Source of the DNA: Octopus sinensis | Taxonomy: Eukaryota | DNA: 64,000 bases | Direction of reading: 5' to 3' | Assembly: GCF_006345805.1 (NCBI RefSeq) | Contig: NC_043005.1 | Coordinates: forward strand, 78,306,001 to 78,370,000 | Part shown: positions 61,642 through 64,000 of the stretch, piece after piece | How positions within the stretch are numbered: the stretch's first letter is position 1 | How the letters are laid out: each line of letters begins with the position of its first letter | Program-made: the position numbers and the translations under genes | Notes under the pieces: generated by a model | What the model was told of the DNA's origin: nothing | The model's database searches: none | What the model saw: the letters and a program-made list of their open reading frames with translations, nothing else

Positions 61642-62403
61642 GTAATAGTAATAATAATAATAATAATAATAGTTATAATAATAATAGTAATAATAATAAT
61701 AATAGCAATAATAGTAATAATAATAATAATAGTAATAATAATAATAATAATAATAGTAATAATAGCAATAATAGTAATAATAATAATAATAGTAATAATA
61801 ATAATAGTAATAATAGTAATAAAAAATAATAATAGTAATAGTAATAATTGTTTCAAATTTTGACACAAGGCCAGCGATTTTGTAAGCTGGGTGGTCGAGT
61901 ACATTAAAACAAGTACTTGCCTGGTACTTACTTCTATTTAATGGTCTCAATATAAATATACTATATTGCATAGCTGCATTTCATCTGTCTTTATGTTCAG
62001 AGTTCAAATTCCGGCAGGGTCAGTTTTACCTTTCATCCTTTCAGGGATCAATGAAATAAATACCAGTTGAGCTTTGTGGCGGGGGTCAATGTAATTGATT
62101 AGCCCCATCTCCTAAAATTTCAGAACATCCCTTGTGAAATTCCTTCGATCATAAGTCTATCTAGTGAGGGCTGAAAATTAAAAACCACCTAGAAATTAAA
62201 AAACTTTGCTTCTAAATTCATTTTTACATCCTATTTTTAAATGGCAATTTTTCTTTGTACAATTTTTCCTATAAATCAGTTGCATTCATACATTTTTCTT
62301 TTCTCTTAATTTAATAGGGCTACTTTCAGTTGAAGGCTTATCCTGGAGTTTGGCTTTTAAAGCTGAGAGAGGGGCGGTCTTTAGATATTTATGAAATCTT
62401 AAG
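9374..62403 (+). CDS. UGGT: UDP-glucose:glycoprotein glucosyltransferase, 31 coding exons in window, 3' end (GT24 domain) outside window
   Basis: The hand-spliced product carries UGGT motifs: AKWNSTPLFLEASEFL, VYLSGYAVELAIKSTEYKAKDD, MKVWQLQDLS, ISQNFP, LRPTFPGMLR, FYRYVLDPE, SWLVEAVKSPYDLDNI, LEYLLLEGHC, GQPPRGLQFTLG, DTIVMANLGYFQLKA. All introns are GT-AG. Exon lengths sum to 3490 nt; phases close only if exon 8 has 1 extra nt. Confidence 0.96.
10950..11371 (-). mobile_element. SINE family A copy, approx
   Basis: Complete head and tail. Confidence 0.82.
11625..12288 (+). mobile_element. RTE-clade LINE 3' end: degenerate ORF C-terminus, long 3'UTR and (GAT)n tail
   Basis: LRWCGHV..GRGRPRKT*DEVVKHDL..LGLTEAM, followed by repeat units and the ggaagggcatccagctgtagaaac tail. 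Confidence 0.85.
12290..12598 (+). mobile_element. Further tRNA-derived SINE family, approx (reverse copy about 38825-39160)
   Basis: tggctcagtggttagagc..gagtttgattcc head; the body matches the reverse complement of 38825-39160. Confidence 0.65.
12603..12823 (+). mobile_element. 221-bp TTAA-flanked MITE (piggyBac-like CCC...GGG ends)
   Basis: ttaa|c(t)ctttag...ctaaaggg|ttaa. Degenerate copies approx 15498-16132, 33591-34011, 35512-35729, 43040-43279, 51577-51783. Confidence 0.8.
14032..14205 (+). pseudogene. Two degenerate C2H2 zinc fingers (LINE C-terminus or ZNF remnant)
   Basis: CKVC-x12(with stop)-HFKIH and CNLC-x12(with frameshift)-HIRCH. Confidence 0.55.
15560..15970 (+). mobile_element. 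SINE family A nested in a TTAA MITE
   Basis: The MITE halves 15498-15557 and 15971-16132 flank it. Confidence 0.85.
16985..17190. repeat. (ATAC)n microsatellite
   Basis: Seen directly. Confidence 0.9.
18762..18982 (+). mobile_element. 221-bp TTAA MITE
   Basis: TTAA on both sides; ccctttag/ctaaaggg TIRs. Confidence 0.88.
19133..19260 (+). CDS. UGGT: UGGT exon 2 (VVTSAATCVALLLFLG...AKWNSTPLFLEAS)
   Basis: ttgcag|, |gtaata; hydrophobic signal-peptide core plus the AKWxxTP motif. Confidence 0.93.
19320..19880 (+). repeat. Unclassified interspersed repeat with (AAT)n tail, approx
   Basis: The 3' part recurs in reverse at about 13630-13870 and the 5' part at about 46425-46525. Confidence 0.7.
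20443..20528 (+). CDS. UGGT: UGGT exon 3 (EFLYHENEDYFWRFVDD)
   Basis: aacag|, |gttagt; phase 2 to 1. Confidence 0.93.
20985..21350 (-). mobile_element. RTE 3'UTR-only copy with 4 tandem 62-67 nt units
   Basis: Units start at 21139, 21202, 21264 and 21331. Other UTR copies approx 14515-14880(-), 29146-29475(+), 33100-33385(+), 33745-33915(+), 34018-34235(-), 36800-36985(+), 37570-37822(+), 47675-48015(+), 49175-49500(-), 54895-55260(-), 57810-58050(+). Confidence 0.8.
23779..23909 (+). CDS. UGGT: UGGT exon 4 (YNLLLEMAAKYLSSLQLNLLKLTLSLR)
   Basis: ttacag|, |gtttgt; phase 1 to 0. Confidence 0.92.
24285..24780 (-). mobile_element. RTE LINE RT C-terminal fragment, approx
   Basis: RIRLGWAKFRELLPLL..CVRTAMLHGSETW..GRSRPRKTWDEVVKHDL. 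Confidence 0.88.
25132..25271 (+). CDS. UGGT: UGGT exon 5 (MAQEEKK...CDVFVNIHGEVTC)
   Basis: ttgtag|, |gtaaat; phase 0 to 2. Confidence 0.9.
25883..26057 (+). CDS. UGGT: UGGT exon 6 (YKFDHHYP...INYVYRHYIP)
   Basis: ttgtag|, |gtgagt; phase 2 to 0. Confidence 0.94.
27034..27130 (+). CDS. UGGT: UGGT exon 7 (VYLSGYAVELAIKSTEYKAKDD)
   Basis: caacag|, |gtaagt; hallmark UGGT motif. Confidence 0.96.
27250..27557 (+). mobile_element. tRNA-derived SINE, family D, inserted in a family B copy
   Basis: Head ggcacatggcctagtggttag..gggttcgaatc; body cctgcgatggac..gtcccgtccagg (V-domain-like, from memory); (AAAC)n tail. Confidence 0.8.
28989..29063 (+). CDS. UGGT: UGGT exon 8 (DEKAKASEENAIG/EEELKGFNFKTL) with apparent 1-nt deletion
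   Basis: ttttag|, |gtaagt; the 5' and 3' parts read in different frames across attGGGaagaag. Confidence 0.8.
29113..29145 (+). pseudogene. 5' half (nt 1-33) of a tRNA-Lys-like gene
   Basis: accctca-ta-gctc agttggta gagc-a-tcaga-ct: acceptor strand, complete D arm and 5' anticodon strand; no T arm. Confidence 0.75.
31745..31845 (+). CDS. UGGT: UGGT exon 9 (QLYPDL...PMKVWQLQ)
   Basis: tttcag|, |gtttgt; phase 2 to 1. Confidence 0.94.
31928..32148 (-). mobile_element. 221-bp TTAA MITE
   Basis: TTAA on both sides; reverse complement of the 18762 copy. Confidence 0.88.
32678..32777 (+). CDS. UGGT: UGGT exon 10 (DLSLQAAQK...ISQNFPVQAR)
   Basis: ttccag|, |gtttgt; phase 1 to 2. Confidence 0.94.
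34890..34950 (+). CDS. UGGT: UGGT exon 11 (SLVRTSVSSDLRKEILKNQK)
   Basis: tttcag|, |gtaaat; phase 2 to 0. Confidence 0.92.
35288..35443 (+). CDS. UGGT: UGGT exon 12 (LSPGECALFLNG...LMRSEA)
   Basis: ccacag|, |gtatgc; 52 codons. Confidence 0.93.
35812..36185 (-). mobile_element. SINE family A copy, approx
   Basis: Close to family consensus. Confidence 0.85.
37189..37275 (+). CDS. UGGT: UGGT exon 13 (DYVLDFRHPSVM)
   Basis: ttttag|, |gtaagg; 29 codons. Confidence 0.92.
38023..38142 (+). CDS. UGGT: UGGT exon 14 (YVNDLEKD...LRPTFPGMLRHIAKNIFHM)
   Basis: ttccag|, |gtatgt; 40 codons. Confidence 0.96.
39435..39520 (+). CDS. UGGT: UGGT exon 15 (VFVLDP...HSAPVR)
   Basis: ttgcag|, |gttggt; phase 0 to 2. 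Confidence 0.93.
40015..40455 (+). mobile_element. SINE family A copy, approx
   Basis: Complete head, body and tail. Confidence 0.85.
40559..40694 (+). CDS. UGGT: UGGT exon 16 (IGLVFAVN...ALSFITD)
   Basis: weak acceptor tgaag| fixed by phase; donor |gtaagt. Confidence 0.88.
40945..41360 (+). mobile_element. 5'-truncated CR1-like LINE with (ATT)n tail and a short 5' tandem duplication, approx
   Basis: HFFT..VAEAWNKLPASVV..STASFK, a typical CR1 RT C-terminus. Confidence 0.8.
42578..42703 (+). CDS. UGGT: UGGT exon 17 (VFGDDDDYDDLRK)
   Basis: tcacag|, |gtaagt; 42 codons. Confidence 0.92.
43612..44175 (-). mobile_element. RTE LINE 3' end (ORF tail plus 3'UTR), approx
   Basis: LGLTEAMTKDRGL on the minus strand, joined to the unit array and (GAT)n. 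Confidence 0.85.
44372..44536 (+). CDS. UGGT: UGGT exon 18 (PQVLLNGIP...EVQRAVYH)
   Basis: ctccag|, |gtaagt; 55 codons. Confidence 0.94.
44787..45195. repeat. Palindromic element: ~118-bp inverted arms around a degenerate (CCCTAA)n tract
   Basis: Arms 44787-44904 and 45078-45195; telomere-like core about 44905-45050. Confidence 0.85.
45513..45636 (+). CDS. UGGT: UGGT exon 19 (GELSD...NVLPRINSRIL)
   Basis: atttag|, |gttggt; donor chosen by the phase of exon 20. Confidence 0.9.
47115..47213 (+). CDS. UGGT: UGGT exon 20 (FGALSNKEMSSQMAKNIFY)
   Basis: tcaaag|, |gtaaat; phase 1 to 1. Confidence 0.88.
48255..48630. repeat. Degenerate (ACC/ATC)n low-complexity tract
   Basis: Trinucleotide periodicity; intronic. 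Confidence 0.85.
48684..48781 (+). CDS. UGGT: UGGT exon 21 (RPISIWIVTDLETVKGRQLV)
   Basis: ctacag|, |gtatgt; phase 1 to 0. Confidence 0.93.
50409..50612 (+). CDS. UGGT: UGGT exon 22 (LRVGIVFNP...FVTKLVKEE)
   Basis: tttcag|, |gtgagt; 68 codons. Confidence 0.94.
50752..50883 (+). CDS. UGGT: UGGT exon 23 (GMDID...PGSHAIIGNGK)
   Basis: ttgtag|, |gtagag; 44 codons. Confidence 0.93.
52003..52133 (+). CDS. UGGT: UGGT exon 24 (VIGPLKDDEVFIQEDFSLFE)
   Basis: taccag|, |gtaagt; phase 0 to 2. Confidence 0.94.
52151..52539 (-). mobile_element. Non-autonomous Helitron (389 bp)
   Basis: A|TC...CTAG|T ends; subterminal hairpin cccgagcaa(t)gccggg. Confidence 0.88.
52620..53370. repeat. Degenerate ~30-bp minisatellite (tactctatactaaagtacccagaagaatagg) interrupted by the hAT MITE, approx
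   Basis: Recurring aaagtacccagaa units on both sides of the MITE. Confidence 0.75.
52785..53210. mobile_element. hAT-like MITE (426 bp) with five internal ~35-bp repeats
   Basis: Perfect 14-bp TIR cagtggttcccaaa/tttgggaaccactg; no clean 8-bp TSD. Confidence 0.8.
53940..54335 (+). mobile_element. SINE family A copy, approx
   Basis: Complete head, body and tail. Confidence 0.85.
54445..54540 (+). CDS. UGGT: UGGT exon 25 (ASDLVMKIASLL)
   Basis: tttcag|, |gtaaat; phase 2 to 2. Confidence 0.93.
55513..55615 (+). CDS. UGGT: UGGT exon 26 (VIMDPVSREAQKLIPIL)
   Basis: ctgcag|, |gtaagt; phase 2 to 0. Confidence 0.94.
56469..56548 (+). CDS. UGGT: UGGT exon 27 (NMNIKIYMNCKDKLSELPL)
   Basis: ttctag|, |gtaagt; phase 0 to 2. 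Confidence 0.93.
56940..57241 (-). mobile_element. SINE family D inserted in a family A copy, 12-bp TSD
   Basis: acaaacatatat at 56928-56939 and 57242-57253; roughly 85% similar to the 27250 copy by eye. Confidence 0.85.
58353..58743 (-). mobile_element. Non-autonomous Helitron (391 bp), different interior
   Basis: A|TC...CTAG|T ends; same 32-nt 3' terminus. Confidence 0.85.
58852..59041 (+). CDS. UGGT: UGGT exon 28 (FYRYVLDPE...SWLVEAVKSPYDLDNIMLEE)
   Basis: atccag|, |gtacgt; phase 2 to 0. Confidence 0.96.
59761..59812 (+). CDS. UGGT: UGGT exon 29 (AEFELEYLLLEG)
   Basis: atgcag|, |gtaagc; phase 0 to 1. Confidence 0.95.
60018..60404 (+). mobile_element. Non-autonomous Helitron (387 bp)
   Basis: A|TC...CTAG|T ends; internal duplication. 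Confidence 0.88.
60445..60800 (+). mobile_element. RTE LINE fragment, approx
   Basis: KGRIYMSCVRAAMLYWSKTW..YGHVLRR. Confidence 0.7.
61003..61109 (+). CDS. UGGT: UGGT exon 30 (HCHD...GQPPRGLQFTLG...DTIVMANL)
   Basis: acctag|, |gtatgt; phase 1 to 0. Confidence 0.96.
61608..61848. repeat. (AAT)n microsatellite with AGT/AGC variants
   Basis: Seen directly. Confidence 0.95.
62318..62403 (+). CDS. UGGT: UGGT exon 31 (GYFQLKAYPGVWLLKLREGRS)
   Basis: taatag|, |gtgagt; phase 0 to 2. Confidence 0.95.
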
Positions 62404-62554
62404 GTGAGTGTAATATTAACACTATTTCTTATTCTTTGAAGCATTAAATATACTGCAGGTGTGGCAAAGTGGTTAAGAAGTTTGCTTCGCAACCATGCCA
62501 TCTTGGGTTCAGTCCTGTTGCTAATATAGGAACGGATCTACCCAGAGCTATATT

Positions 62555-62767
62555 CTTTTCTACTCTAGGCACAAGGCCTGACATATTTGGGGAGGGGCCA
62601 GTCGATTACATTGACCCCAGTGCATAACTGGTACTTAATTTACCGACCCCGAAAGGATGAAAGGCAAAGTCGACCTCGGCAGAATTTGAACTCAGAACAT
62701 AACGCCAGACGAAATACCATTAAGCATTTCGCCCGGCGTGCTAACGTTTCTGCCAGCTCGCCACCTT
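62555..62767 (-). mobile_element. SINE family B copy with 18-bp TSD
   Basis: Flanked by tctacccagagctatatt at 62537-62554 and 62768-62785. Confidence 0.9.
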
Positions 62768-63867
62768 TCTACCCAGAGCTATATTAGCTCTGGGTAGATC
62801 CAAGTCTCATGAGTTGATTCAGAAGAAGGAAACTGAGAGTCGTGTGATACATAATTGTGTGGTAAGAAGCTTGCTTCCCAACCACATGGTTCCAGGTTCA
62901 ATCCCATTGCATGGCATCTTAGGCAAATGTCTTCAGCTATAGCCCTGGGCCAATTAAAGCTATGTGGGTGGATTTGGTAGACGGAATCTGAAAGAAGTTC
63001 ATGTGTGTAATATACTCACCAATACACACAATGGGCTTCAGTCCCTTCCTTCTTGCCACAGGGCTACATGGTATTATTTACTATAAATTGTCATCAGTCT
63101 TGATATTCTCTTTGAACTGGTCTCTGATATTATTCTGCCACCATTTTCAACATAGGGACCTCGAATCAAGTCACGTGACAAACAAGTACAAAGAACTTCG
63201 AAAATAAGTAAATGCAAAACATTCTGTTGACGAATTCATCGCTTATAAATTAATGAAGTTGTCTCCCTTGAATTTGTTTTTAAAAAATACTTCCAAATAG
63301 GGGCACGCGTGACTGTATGGTAAGAAGTTCGATTTCCAACGACCTGGTTCTGAGTTCAGTCCCACTGCGTGGAACCAAGGACAAGTGTCTTCTATTGTAA
63401 CTTTGGGCCGACCAAAGTTTTCTGAGTGTATTTGGTAGACAAAATTTGATAGAAGCAAGTCGTGTGTGTGTGTCCTTCGTGTTTGTCCCCCCAACATTTG
63501 ATGACTGGTGTTGGTTTGTTTACGTCCCTGTAATGTAGCAGATCGGTAAAAAAGAGCCGAATGGAATAAGTACGAGGTTCAGTGTAAAAGAAAGAATAAT
63601 AGGGTCGATTTGTTTTACTAAATCTATCGAGGTAGTGCTCCAGGATGGTCACAGTTTAATGACTGAATAATGATAATAATCCGTAGGCACAAAGCCTGAA
63701 ATTTTAAGAGAAGGGGCTAATTAATTATGTTGACCCCCTGAGATAAATTGACAGATGAGAGATAAATTTTCCCCTGGATAGGACATCAACGTATAGGAAG
63801 AAACATTACTTCACATTACCTGCTACACGTGTTCTATCTAAAAAATAGGGATCAGTGTCTCTAGGGC

Positions 63868-64000
63868 AGTGGTTCTCAACCGTTTTTTACCCACGCACCC
63901 TTATTATTATTATTATATTCTAGTGGACACCCATAGCCATTCAATATTTAAAAACTAATTTTATATCTACTTCTTTCAAAATTCCTATTTTGTTCTTCAC
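63868..64000. mobile_element. Left end of a probable hAT MITE
   Basis: ctctaggg|cagtggttctcaacc. Confidence 0.5.

Noticed and set aside
61558-61971. Poly-Ile/poly-Tyr ORFs
   Set aside because: (AAT)n microsatellite
984-63652. Most ORFs in the supplied track (YI/HT/CV-rich peptides and SINE-derived frames)
   Set aside because: They are translations of microsatellites and repeated SINE/LINE sequence, with no splice or homology support

Overview
Eukaryotic, AT-rich, microsatellite- and SINE-dense DNA. The repeat families and microsatellites point to an octopod cephalopod (Octopus-like); this is an inference. The main feature is one + strand multi-exon gene for UDP-glucose:glycoprotein glucosyltransferase (UGGT). 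I traced 31 GT-AG coding exons by hand from ATG 9374 to 62403, about 1,163 codons covering the signal peptide, thioredoxin-like domains and beta-sandwich region. The C-terminal GT24 catalytic domain lies beyond the window. All junction phases agree except exon 8, which is 1 nt short (probable assembly indel). Upstream are a full-length dead mariner and a truncated Helitron RepHel. The introns hold several tRNA-derived SINE families, RTE and CR1 LINE fragments, TTAA-flanked MITEs, a hAT MITE and three non-autonomous Helitrons. There is no CRISPR array, rRNA gene or intact tRNA gene. Nearly all ORFs in the supplied track are microsatellite or repeat artefacts. The least explained signals are: (1) tandem hairpin+pseudoknot units in the RTE 3'UTR; (2) a tRNA-Lys 5' half fused to that UTR; (3) repeated short-range inverted duplications; (4) a palindromic element with a telomere-like core. 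Repeat coordinates marked approx are good to about 10-20 nt. No database search was run.
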